Shown in pieces: positions 19,901 to 27,825 of a stretch of DNA of 43,719 nt (position 1 is the first letter of the stretch; every line of letters begins with the position of its first letter). The translations under genes were made by a program, and so were the position numbers. Source of the stretch: Armatimonadota bacterium (GTDB lineage Bacteria > Armatimonadota > Armatimonadia > Armatimonadales > Armatimonadaceae); assembly GCA_043754515.1 (NCBI GenBank), contig JAYUUO010000098.1:1-43719 (forward strand). Direction: 5' to 3'. The notes beneath the pieces were generated by a model. The model saw only the letters and a list, made by a program, of their open reading frames with translations. It searched no databases and was not told the origin of the DNA.

Positions 19901-20015
19901 CGTCTGCCGCGCCACGACGCCGGGGCAGTTCGTCGTCCCGCCCGCTAAAGCCGAGGAAATGTACTCGCCGGAGACATTCGGCAGAAGCGGCACGGACAAG
20001 GTGCGGGTAGAGTAG
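13935..20015 (+). CDS. bacterial alpha-2-macroglobulin family protein with N-terminal Ig-like domains
   Basis: DDRKLYRPGE, EFRRPEF, VVDESVL, LPDNLT.YR, thioester YPYGCAEQ, DPLPAGFE, EEMYSPE.FGRS. Confidence 0.95.
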   Translation: MTSTGRWVIGGALTALTVTFAVGMARVQTRKHPGAGGIAMAATAIADDGTPGLRFRLGEGKSLLGDAGEAVPLGETSLLSDSDADRVLNRLKAVGVQPGDTKDFALREGSLPPPRAGQTIALAFPPPATEGRPPTVETGALQVRRVQPEGDVPLADRVSVTFSQPMIAVTSQEEAAQTVPVKLEPSVPGKWRWLGTQTLIFDAGSGKRLPMATSYKINIPAGTKSANGGILADARTVTFQTPTVRLLDHYPDGNQPQGREPLIWLAFDQKVDPDAVLQTIKMRAGTKKVALRRATDAEVAKAKELHWRGNTLAERTVACKPAEPLPTGTTITVEVGPGTPSAEGNRKTDAEQNFSFQTYGPLQITNTYGNGNPPGTPWTITFNNGLDEEAFDPATVTISPAIPGVQITAQSQSLSIYGATKGQTTYTVTLPASLKDMFGQTLGKTEKKTFKVGPAMPQVTGPDQMFSVCDPSAPPRAVFRSVNTPSVRVQMYAVGENDWAGWLKYISRGRPDKGTPPGRLVSETTVALKTETDAWGETSVPLGAALKNGHGNVILHWVSPVRRNKYEEPDQGVIWFQATKLGLMAQRDATDLYAWVTDLATGRPVSGAAVELIGGSQKGTTGADGLIKLPLSDTPGAKLVARHGDATAFLPATQWVYDGNQGWTRRVQSDATRWFIFDDRKLYRPGETARVKGWIRVQKAGKNGDLVIPSEMTSVDWHLYDARGNEVRKGTAPVNAWAGFDIALELPKTMNLGQARLQVAGTEHYINVQEFRRPEFEVSAKNESAGPHVVADPKGADLSVTAKYYAGGPLPNTPVTWNVSASPTSYTPPGRGEFTFGKWTPWWGAIYRSEEGDGIYSRSSRFSRVGDNPQSKTYAGKTGGDGTHHLHLDFDAVHPAQPYTVSAEAVLQDVNRQTRAASASLIVHPSDRYVGLRGKNLFVEKGQKLAIETIVCDIDGKTDAGREVQFHAARKQWGYVKGRWREKEVDVQDWTTNSGKDSVSTEFTPGEGGQWTVKATVRDDKERVNESELTLWVSGGDMARSKQRGLGQEAATLIPNAREYKAGETATILVQSPFPNAEGLATIVHDGIVHIEHFTMRGSTYSLKVPIAETFLPRVGVQVELVGAAARTGDDGKAIPGIAPRPAFASGHLDLSVPPTTRRLTVTAVPADAALSPGGSTTVTVTVKDASGKPVAGAEAAVVVVDESVLALAGWNLGDPLAAFYSGRETSVETTHLRQFVVLEDPAKVQALAYGAASAGGAPGGLMSKSAKMKSSDSSLQMDMAAPVPAAPMMARAISAEAVAGSAATLAQQPDTPIALRTNFDALAEFAPSVKTDADGTARVPVKLPDNLTRYRIVVVAVAGAKQIGHGEAALTARLPLMARPSAPRFLNFGDKFELPIVLQNQTDAAMTVDVAVRGTNLSFTKTRGQRVTVKANDRIEVRFPAEAVLPGTARFQVAAVSGDRADAAELSLPVWTPATTEAFATYGVIDKGAIVQPVRAPGEVVPQFGGLEVTTSSTALQELTDAMIYLQNYPYGCAEQIASRVLATAALKDVLAAFKTEEMPKPEAMAAAMGRDLARLAEMQNDDGGFGFWTRYTKQYPYLGVHVAHALVRAKQKGFAVPDQLYNRSMDYLKNIESKFDNDYHPATRRMITAYALYVRHLAGDTDTARARKLLKEDTLDGLGPETVGWLLNILAGDPVMAPARTWLNNKATETAGAAHFTFSYRDDAYLVLASDRRADAIVLDALIADQPKNDLIPKLVRGLLDGRKRGSWSGTQENTFVLLALDRYFRTYEGVTPDFAARLWLGDKFAGEGKFQGRSTNRVESQIPMAYLAKTSGTQNLTIDKVGVGRLYYRVGMRYAPKSLDLKPADYGFTVKRVYEAIDKPADVRHEADGSWVIHAGAKVRVRLSMIATTRRYHVALTDPLPAGFEAVNSELQGTESTARDTQGTGDGTKYIYNWWWGHWWEHENLRDERVEAFTAYLWEGAYEYVYVCRATTPGQFVVPPAKAEEMYSPETFGRSGTDKVRVE

Positions 20016-20032
20016 CGGGACACATGGTGTTA

Positions 20033-20056
20033 CGCCCTCCGGTGAACCGGAGGGCG
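20033..20056 (+). terminator. GC-rich hairpin downstream of alpha-2-macroglobulin
   Basis: CGCCCTCCGG-TGAA-CCGGAGGGCG; no immediate U-tract. Confidence 0.55.
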
Positions 20057-20115
20057 CGGCACATATCGGCCCTTTTTGGGACGAGCGGATATGATAAGGG
20101 CGAGAAACCCCCTTT

Positions 20116-22073
20116 ATGAAGAGATTCATTTTGGCAGTAGCCAGCTTGATGACCGTGGTGCTCGTGTTGGCGCTCGCACTCGCGTATAAGCCCTGGTTGT
20201 GGAGGATCTGCCCGCACGGCAAGAACCTGGTTGTCCACAACATCCCCCCTATTCCCCGTTCCTTGGAGCGGCGCGTGATGCGCGACGCGGGGGGTTACCA
20301 CCCGGTGTTGCTGGGCTGGCGACCGGGCCACCGGGATTTGCTGGTGAAGGAAAGAATACTCGGAGTGGCACAGGCGCGCGTGTTGCACAGTCCCTTCGCC
20401 AGAGTTGCCCCCCTCACTTTCAGCCCCGACAACGTCAGTTACGCGTCGTTCTCACCTAGGCGCGGTGACTACCTCCTTTTCAGCCGCGATCAGAACGGCG
20501 ACGAGATATTCCAGAAGTACGGCATGAGTGTTCGCACCGGTAAGATAACGCAGTTTACATACGGCAAGACACCAGTTACCAGCGGAAAGTGGTCACACGC
20601 GGGCATTTTCTACGCCTATGGGCAGGGCACGCCAGATCATAAAGGCGTCGTGATCCATATCATGAGCCATACGATGGGGATGTGGAACGACACACCAATG
20701 GTAACGTGTCGGGGCGGTGGGTGGTGGGTCGAGGATTGGGCACCCGGCGACCGTTGGCTTTTGCTCCGCGAACATATATCCGACCGAGAATCGCATCTGT
20801 GGCGGATGGACGCACAGAGTGGGAACCTCACACTGATCGTGGGACGGCAAGACGGACTCATATCCTCGTACGGCGGCGCGAAAGTCAGCAAAGATGGTCG
20901 GGGGATATACATCCTGAGTGACCGGGACACGGACTTCAATCGTCTTGTTTACCTGGATATTGCCACGAAGCGGGAGACGCCGCTTTTCGGCAATGCTCCG
21001 TGGGACATCACGGATTGGGACTGTTCCCCGGACGAGAAGACAATCGCTTATGTCGCGAACGAGGCGAGGCAAGGCGTGTTGCACATCGTCGAGCGCGAAA
21101 CAATGAAGCCGCTCCCGACGCCGAACCTGCCGGTGGGTGTTGTGATAGAAATCACCTGGCGAGAAGACGATCGGGAGATCGCGTTCAGCCTGAGAACGGC
21201 GAGAACAATGGACGACATCTATTCGTGGGATGTCCGGCGACATGTTCTCACGCAGTGGACGCGCAGCCAGGCATTCGGCACTAAAACCACGCCCCCAGCG
21301 GATGTGGAACTGATACATTGGCCTACGTTCGATTCCCAAACGCTTTCCGGCTATCTGTATCGTCCGCCCGCCCGATTCAGCGGCAGGCGTCCGGTGATCA
21401 TTGACATACACGGCGGGCCGGAATCGCAGGCGCGTCCTGGCTACATCGGCGGGATGAATTACTTCGTCAACCAGCGCGGGATCGTGGTCATATCTCCTAA
21501 CATTCGCGGTTCGTCTGGCTACGGCAAGCGGTTTCAAGAGATGGACAATGGGATCGCCCGCGAGGGCGCGTACCGGGACATCGGCACATTGCTCGACTGG
21601 ATCAAGACGCGCCCCGACCTCGACTCATCGCGCGTTCTGATCAAGGGGGCGAGCTACGGTGGGCACATGGCTCTCGTCGCGGCATATCGGTACGGCGACC
21701 GCATCCACGCGACAATTGACGAGGACGGCATGAGCGACCTGAGCACTTTCGAGGCAAGCCTCCCTGCGGACAAGCGGGCCGAGCGCCGCACGGAATACGG
21801 CGACGAGCGTGACCCGAAGATACACGAGTTTATGGAAAGGACGGCACCACTTAACCACGCCGCCGAGATCAAGAAACCGCTCTTCGTAGTTGCCGGGGAG
21901 AACGATCCCAGGTGCCTGTGGAGCAGTCCAGGGCAATAGCGGCGGCGGTCGAAAAGAGTGGAACGCCGGTCTGGACGCTGATCGCCCGCGACGAAGGACA
22001 TGGATTCACGAAGCAACTCAATGTCAACTACAAGTTCCTGGCAGAGATAGAGTTTGTGGAGAAGTATCTGTGA
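20116..22073 (+). pseudogene. S9 prolyl oligopeptidase-family peptidase, frameshifted near C-terminus
   Basis: HGGPE, RGSSGYG, GASYGG, GENDPR; the -1 frame from ~21912 gives VPVEQS...DEGHGF...EKYL* (TGA 22071-22073). Confidence 0.85.
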
Positions 22074-22121
22074 GGATTGTTTCTACTCTGCCTTGGACCC
22101 AATATCGTGTTGGGGTATGTG

Positions 22122-23450
22122 TCAGCGGGCGCAACGAAGGCCGAGGAAGCCCTGGCGATACGTCGGCACATACCAGTTGCGAAAGGCCGAGCGCAGGTTA
22201 GGGGCACCCGTGGCCCAAGAACCGCCGCGACAGACGAAGTGCTTCCCGTCCATTGAGTCTTTGCTATACCCGTCGTAAGGAAAGGCGCGGAATCCGGGGT
22301 ATGGAAGGAACAACGATGCGGTCCATTCCCATACGCCACCCGCCATATCAAGTAGTCCGAGTGCGCTCTTCCCGGCGGGATGGGTGCCGACCGGTGCCGG
22401 ATGGTCGGCTTCCAGACCGAACGCCGCGCGGGTCGCGTCCGGTTCGGCGTCTCCCCATGGATAGACGCGGGTGTCGCCGGTCGCCGGGTCGAACGTCGCG
22501 GCGTACTCCCATTCGGCCTCGGTCGGGAGGCGTTTATTCGCCCAGCGGGCGTAGGCGTTCGCCTCGTACCAGCCGATCCCGCAGACCGGTTCATCGGCGA
22601 CCAGTTCACGCAGTCCGTTTAAGCCGATGGCTTGGAATGTTGCGGCACCGCCCTTCGCGCCGGTTGCGTGCCAGTACTCGGGGTGCGTAACCGCGCTCTC
22701 CTGGCACCAACGCCAGCCGCCATCGCACCACAACTCGGGCCGGCGGTAGCCGCCTCCAGCGATGAAGGCGAGCCAATCGGCATTTGTTACGGGCGTTTCG
22801 TCCATCTCGAACGGCAACACGGTAACCAGATGCGGGTCATGCTCGTTGTCGTAGCCGTGCGGGTCCGGCGAACCCATGCGAAACGTGCCGCCAGGAAGCG
22901 CGATCATCCGAACGGGCGTAGTAGCAACGGCCCGACGCGTGCTGACGGGCTTCACAGGGGGAGCCTTGCCTGTGATGCTCGACTTTCGGAGCAGTTGGCG
23001 CAACTCCGAAATCGTCTCCTGATGCTGGTACTCGTGCCGGAGCGCGAACTCCCAAGCATAGCCGTCCGCGAGGAGCGGGTCTGAATTCGAGAGATCTGCC
23101 GTGGCGAGAGCGGCGAGCGTAAGTTCGCGGGTGCGATTCAGGTACGCGATAAGTCCCGCGCGCCCCGGTAAGCGGGTCCGGTTTTCCTTGTCGTTCTCCG
23201 ACACGTTCGCGAACAGGAAGCCGAGCGCGTCGTCGGGCGAGGGGTGGCCAAGTGCCTTTTCGCAAGCCCAATAAACTTCCGTGCGCCCGATGTGACCGAA
23301 GTGCCAGCCGATAGGGCTGTAAAAATCGTGGACGCGCAGGGGCAATTGAGCGTCCGTCACGGTCTCGAGTAGCCGGAAGGTTCGTGCGCGCACACTTTCG
23401 AGCGACGTTATCAGGACACGTCGCCTTTCCGACGCGGCGTCCGAAGCCAT
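22122..23450 (-). CDS. egtB: ergothioneine biosynthesis sulfoxide synthase (DinB_2 + FGE-sulfatase domains)
   Basis: SPIGWHFGH, HEYQHQE iron ligands, RLPTEAEWE, PYDGYS, FRNWY; TGATG overlap with egtD. Confidence 0.9.
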   Translation of the reverse strand: MASDAASERRRVLITSLESVRARTFRLLETVTDAQLPLRVHDFYSPIGWHFGHIGRTEVYWACEKALGHPSPDDALGFLFANVSENDKENRTRLPGRAGLIAYLNRTRELTLAALATADLSNSDPLLADGYAWEFALRHEYQHQETISELRQLLRKSSITGKAPPVKPVSTRRAVATTPVRMIALPGGTFRMGSPDPHGYDNEHDPHLVTVLPFEMDETPVTNADWLAFIAGGGYRRPELWCDGGWRWCQESAVTHPEYWHATGAKGGAATFQAIGLNGLRELVADEPVCGIGWYEANAYARWANKRLPTEAEWEYAATFDPATGDTRVYPWGDAEPDATRAAFGLEADHPAPVGTHPAGKSALGLLDMAGGVWEWTASLFLPYPGFRAFPYDGYSKDSMDGKHFVCRGGSWATGAPNLRSAFRNWYVPTYRQGFLGLRCAR

Positions 23451-24451
23451 CAGAAACTCGCCCTTCCGGGGGCGGGACGGAGTAGCGCGAGCGTAAACCA
23501 TTCGTCCGCGTCGCTCCATCGGTGTTCGACACACAGTCCCGCCGTCGCGCTTAGATCGCCGAACGACCCGGGCGTATATTTATGGCTGTTCTCGGTGTGT
23601 ATCCTCTCACCCGCCGCGAACGCGTACTGCTTATCGCCGATTCGCACTTCCTGCGCCGTGTCGCTGACGAGCCACATCTCGATGCGTGAACGCTCCTGGA
23701 TGAACGGGGCGGCGTGTGTCCACCGGTCGGTATCGAAGTCGGCACCGAGTTCGCGATTGATTCGCGACAGCAGATTCTTGTTGAACGCGGCGGTCACCCC
23801 GGCGGAGTCGTTGTAAGCGGCGTGGAGAGCACGGACGTCTTTAACCCGGTCCAGGCCGACGAGTAGTCGGTCAGCCGGGCGCATTTGGAGCCGCAGATTG
23901 TGTAGCAATGAGATCGCGTCATCAAACTCGAAGTTGCCTATGTTGCCGCCGAGGAACACGAAGAGTCGTGGCGCGTCCGGCTCAGGTAGGGAGCGCAACC
24001 CCTCGCGGTATTCGGCAGCGATGGCGAGGATGGATAGACACGGGTATGTCTCCAGAAGGGCCCGCGCTGACTGCTCCAGAAACGCGCCGGAAATGTCGAT
24101 CGGGATGTACTGGAGCGTTCGCTGGCGGCGGAGTGCCGCATCAATCAACAAACGCGTCTTGCTCGAACTGCCGCTCCCGAGTTCGATCAGCACCAGCGAC
24201 CGCGCACCCGTCGCGGCGAGGATCTCATCCGCGTGCTTAGCGAGGATCGTCCTCTCGGTGCGCGTCGCGTAGTACTCGGGCAGGTCGCATATCTTCTCGA
24301 AAAGGGCGGAACCCGCCTCGTCATAGAAAAAGCGGCACGGCAGGTGCTTCCGCGTGGCGGAAAGCCCGATCGCGACCGCCTCCGCCAACGTCTCCCCATT
24401 CGCCGAGGCGGGAGCGGTTATCATATTCAGATCGGAGGAGTTCACGGGCAC
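23450..24451 (-). CDS. egtD: L-histidine N-alpha-methyltransferase
   Basis: K.LP..FFYD..GS.LF..IC..PEYY.TR, ELGSG, AYND..GVTAAFN.N, RIEM, IHTENSHKY. Confidence 0.95.
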   Translation of the reverse strand: MPVNSSDLNMITAPASANGETLAEAVAIGLSATRKHLPCRFFYDEAGSALFEKICDLPEYYATRTERTILAKHADEILAATGARSLVLIELGSGSSSKTRLLIDAALRRQRTLQYIPIDISGAFLEQSARALLETYPCLSILAIAAEYREGLRSLPEPDAPRLFVFLGGNIGNFEFDDAISLLHNLRLQMRPADRLLVGLDRVKDVRALHAAYNDSAGVTAAFNKNLLSRINRELGADFDTDRWTHAAPFIQERSRIEMWLVSDTAQEVRIGDKQYAFAAGERIHTENSHKYTPGSFGDLSATAGLCVEHRWSDADEWFTLALLRPAPGRASF

Positions 24452-24573
24452 GCGTATCCTTTTCTTCTTAACACGATGACAGTTAGAGTCTGAACCTCAC
24501 GGGAGAACACCCGCGAGCGGTAAGTGAATGACCAACGACGGCGGCGGAAAGTTCGCACAAGAGGAAAAGTGTT

Positions 24574-25068
24574 CTACCAACCACCAGTACCCGGCTCGCC
24601 CTTGAACGGCCCGACGATAGCATCCGTGATCCAGCCGCCATAAAAGTCGCCCGCCTGCGCCCGAACCGGCTCGTCGTCCACGAAGCAGGTGTCCATTTTG
24701 CCGGGGTAAAATGCGATAGCGTCCCGGATCGGCGCGAACGCCGGACCGGGTTGCGGATAATACCAGGCGGCGGGCGACACCGTCCGGTCGCCGACGGTGA
24801 GCGCGTAATAGCGGGCACTACCCTTGAACTCGCAGTGCGTGGTAACGCTCAGCGGCGCGAGTAGCTCCATGTGCACATCGGCGGGCGGAATATAGTAGAC
24901 GGGTGGATGGCTCGTTTCGAGAACCCGATAGGCGTTCGTCGAGTCGGCTATCGTTTCGCCGTTGAACACGACGCGAACACGGCGCGTCGTCGGCTCGCAA
25001 CGCGGGGGGCGTGGGTAGTCCCAGACCGATTCCTGGCCGGGTCCCGGCGTGACACGTACGACGCTCAT
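24574..25068 (-). CDS. DUF427 domain-containing protein
   Basis: ESVWDYPRPP, ETSHPPVYY, CEFKG.A.Y, FYGGWIT...GPFKG; ATGA overlap with upstream gene. Confidence 0.9.
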   Translation of the reverse strand: MSVVRVTPGPGQESVWDYPRPPRCEPTTRRVRVVFNGETIADSTNAYRVLETSHPPVYYIPPADVHMELLAPLSVTTHCEFKGSARYYALTVGDRTVSPAAWYYPQPGPAFAPIRDAIAFYPGKMDTCFVDDEPVRAQAGDFYGGWITDAIVGPFKGEPGTGGW

Positions 25069-25322
25069 ACGTGCTCCTGATCCACATAGCACCAACGCCA
25101 GTCCTCGCCCGGTTCCGCCGAGCGCATGACGGGATGGCTGGTGTGATGAAAATACGCGGTAGCGTGCTTGTTCTTGGACGAGTCGCAACAGGCGACATGT
25201 CCGCAGATCAGGCACTGGCGCAGGTGAACCCACGTATCGCCAGTTTTAATGCAGTCCTCGCAAACGCGCCCAGGTGCCGGAACCGCGTGTAATTGATTCA
25301 AATGCGTGCAATCTGTAGCCAT
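25065..25322 (-). CDS. UBP-type zinc finger protein
   Basis: CTHL, CEDC, WVHLR.CL.CGHV.CCDSS, HAT, W.WCYVD; GGAGG SD. Confidence 0.9.
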   Translation of the reverse strand: MATDCTHLNQLHAVPAPGRVCEDCIKTGDTWVHLRQCLICGHVACCDSSKNKHATAYFHHTSHPVMRSAEPGEDWRWCYVDQEHV

Positions 25323-25425
25323 CAGTTTTGCGCTTATCGCCTCCGTATCTAGTCTACCCCAACCGAGCGGCGATACGTGGCTGTGATGTTGACATATGAA
25401 GGCGGATGTTCGCGGGTGCCCTCGC

Positions 25426-27801
25426 TCAGTGTCGGCAGACGACGGGCGGGGTATTGAGCCGCCCGCATTCGCTCGCGATTTCGGCGGCGGTTAGCGATCC
25501 CGGACGCATCTCGATGTGGTAACGGAACTCGTACAAGCCGCCGACATAGCGCGGGAAATTCGTTTCCCATTTATTGTTCGTCAGCCACGAGTAGAGAGTG
25601 CCGGTCGGCTCGCGCGTGGTCGTGTATCTCCACAGGTTCAGCCCCCCGATGTGGACGAGCGGGACATCGGGCGTCGCCAACACGACGGCGAGTTCGGGCG
25701 CGATCAACGCCGCGCCTTCCTGAACCGAGTAGTAGTCACAACAGGTTCCCGGCAACTGATCAACACCCGGTCGCATCGCGGCTCCCTGCCGGTCCAGATG
25801 CCACGCGCCGCCGTCAAGAGCGAACGGGAAAGCGGCATACAACCCCTCCGGATCGGCGACATCATGCTTATGTAGCTGGAGCGTGAGTTCGATGCGCGGC
25901 AGGTCACGGAAGAGCCGTAAGATGATTCGATAGCGCGACGTTCCCGCGACTTCGTAGTCAAGCGACAACTCCGAGTACAACGCGCCGCCCGAATGCGGTT
26001 GGACGCGGACGCACTTGCCGTGATGAATCTCGCCGACGGGGATGATGCGCGGTGCCATCAAGAACCCGGCGGCGTCGCTACGGTTCGCGCCGGGGAATAT
26101 CTGGTAGACTGGCGCGCCCAGACCGTGCTCCGATTCTTGCGCAAGCGTCTCTACCCCATGAACGAGATCGAGTAGCGAGTAGATGCCCCGCCCCCGCGAC
26201 CAGGACAGGCGATAGAAAGCGTTCTCGTAAGACGCGGTTTGTGCCGGGTCATCACTCGCCTTCGCGACCGGCGCATCGTCAGCCGGGACCGGCCTTGGCT
26301 CGATGGCGAAGTCGCGCCGCTCGCCCGCCTCTAGCGTCACGAGCACCGCGATCAGCGAGCCGCGCGGCGCGGGTTCAACCTGGTGCGGGTATACATTGCC
26401 CTCCCGGTCGGTCACCCTAAACCCGGACGCGAGCACGGGCTGCTCCCAAGAGTCCACCGGCAGGTATGCGACATCGGCGTGTAGCGCGTTTGTGGCGTTG
26501 ATCACGGTGTAGGTCAGCGGGCGGCGGGCGGAGAACTCACCCTCCCCTAGCCGACGTAGCACCGCGTCGGACGCGGCTCCGATTAGGGTGTCGGCTTCCG
26601 CCGTGAACGCAGACTTGCGCAGAAATACCTGCTGTGTCAGGAGCGAACCGCTATCGGTACGCGAGTGACCGTAGGTGTGTTCCGCCGCGACCAGCAGGGA
26701 GCGCGTTATCCGCCCCCGCTCGGCGTCCCTGACCACTTTACCGAGGGGATCTAGTCTTTCCAGCATCCGCTTCGTGCGCTGGGCCTGGCGGAATATCCGG
26801 GTTTCCCGCGGCGCGGACGCTTCGCCGTCGGACCACCAATCGGGCCAATCCCCGCCGAAAGTCGGAATCGTGGTAACGGCTGTTTTAAGGTAGTCAGCAA
26901 ACTCGCTCAAGGTCGCCGTTTGGATCAGAACTTCGTGGCCGTGTTTGGCGTTCCACTCGGCTAGCAAGGAACAATACTGATCTGTCGGCGGGCTGTTGTC
27001 CGTGTAAAGGCCAGACCCCATCACCGGCAGAAGCCGGTGTTCGTAGCCGCTTTCCTCCAGCCCCGCGATCATCGGGAATATCTTGCGTTCGGCGAGTGTG
27101 ATGTCCTGAACGTCCACAAACTGATTCGTGCTGTCCGCGTAGACGCCAGGGATACCAGGGTTCTGGTCGGGCGTGTAACCACCCATGAGGCCGAGTAGGT
27201 TAGCCTTGTGGTAGGGGAGTCCGCTCCAGACCAAAATCTTCTGGCCGCGCGGCGACCGCCAGTAGAACGGCACCAGCGGCTTTCCGAAGGGGAAGCCGCC
27301 GTGGTGGGGGTTGATGTTGGTGCAAAGAAACGTCACCCCGGCGTCAATGAGCGAGTCGGCCATTCCCCAGGGCATCCCGTTGATGTCGCAACTCATCGCG
27401 ACATCGAGCGGTACGCCGTGTTCGTGGGCGAACCGCTCGGCAGGTCGCAGGCTGTCCCGCAGGTGCCCCGCGTCCGGCAGTTCCGTGGAATGCAGGTAGA
27501 GCGCGGAGAGTTCCAGAGTGCCCTCGCGCAACGCGCGGACGAACTGATCCTTCTGCGACGCGCTGGCGGAACTCAGGAACTGTTCGACCGCCCAGTACCC
27601 CTCGCAGGTGAACTTGAAGCGGGTTTCTGGTGAACGAGCCGCCTGTTCCGGTGCGACGGCGAGCGTGACCGCCTGCTCAAGGAACTGGCGGTGGTAGTCG
27701 GTGATAGTTTCCTGCCGGTGTGTAAAGCCGATATCAATGTGCGAGTGCTGGATGACGAAGATGCGCCAGGGCGCGGTGTCCTTACTAGTTTTATCGTTCA
27801 T
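25426..27801 (-). CDS. glycoside hydrolase, GH38-like (alpha-mannosidase fold)
   Basis: HSHIDIGF metal motif, DING nucleophile region, DN, W.DWW.DG, EHT, NNKWETNF; no signal peptide. Confidence 0.8.
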   Translation of the reverse strand: MNDKTSKDTAPWRIFVIQHSHIDIGFTHRQETITDYHRQFLEQAVTLAVAPEQAARSPETRFKFTCEGYWAVEQFLSSASASQKDQFVRALREGTLELSALYLHSTELPDAGHLRDSLRPAERFAHEHGVPLDVAMSCDINGMPWGMADSLIDAGVTFLCTNINPHHGGFPFGKPLVPFYWRSPRGQKILVWSGLPYHKANLLGLMGGYTPDQNPGIPGVYADSTNQFVDVQDITLAERKIFPMIAGLEESGYEHRLLPVMGSGLYTDNSPPTDQYCSLLAEWNAKHGHEVLIQTATLSEFADYLKTAVTTIPTFGGDWPDWWSDGEASAPRETRIFRQAQRTKRMLERLDPLGKVVRDAERGRITRSLLVAAEHTYGHSRTDSGSLLTQQVFLRKSAFTAEADTLIGAASDAVLRRLGEGEFSARRPLTYTVINATNALHADVAYLPVDSWEQPVLASGFRVTDREGNVYPHQVEPAPRGSLIAVLVTLEAGERRDFAIEPRPVPADDAPVAKASDDPAQTASYENAFYRLSWSRGRGIYSLLDLVHGVETLAQESEHGLGAPVYQIFPGANRSDAAGFLMAPRIIPVGEIHHGKCVRVQPHSGGALYSELSLDYEVAGTSRYRIILRLFRDLPRIELTLQLHKHDVADPEGLYAAFPFALDGGAWHLDRQGAAMRPGVDQLPGTCCDYYSVQEGAALIAPELAVVLATPDVPLVHIGGLNLWRYTTTREPTGTLYSWLTNNKWETNFPRYVGGLYEFRYHIEMRPGSLTAAEIASECGRLNTPPVVCRH

Positions 27802-27825
27802 GATGGGTGGTTGGAGTCGGCGAAA

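Noticed and set aside
18798..20243. Long antisense ORFs (e.g. 481 aa here) and extended 5' versions of gcvPB, the metallophosphoesterase and the acyl-CoA ligase
   Set aside because: Shadow frames typical of high-GC DNA overlapping well-supported genes.
22122..23450. Selenoneine synthase SenA or ovothiol OvoA
   Set aside because: No senB/senC nearby, no C-terminal methyltransferase domain, and coupled to egtD.
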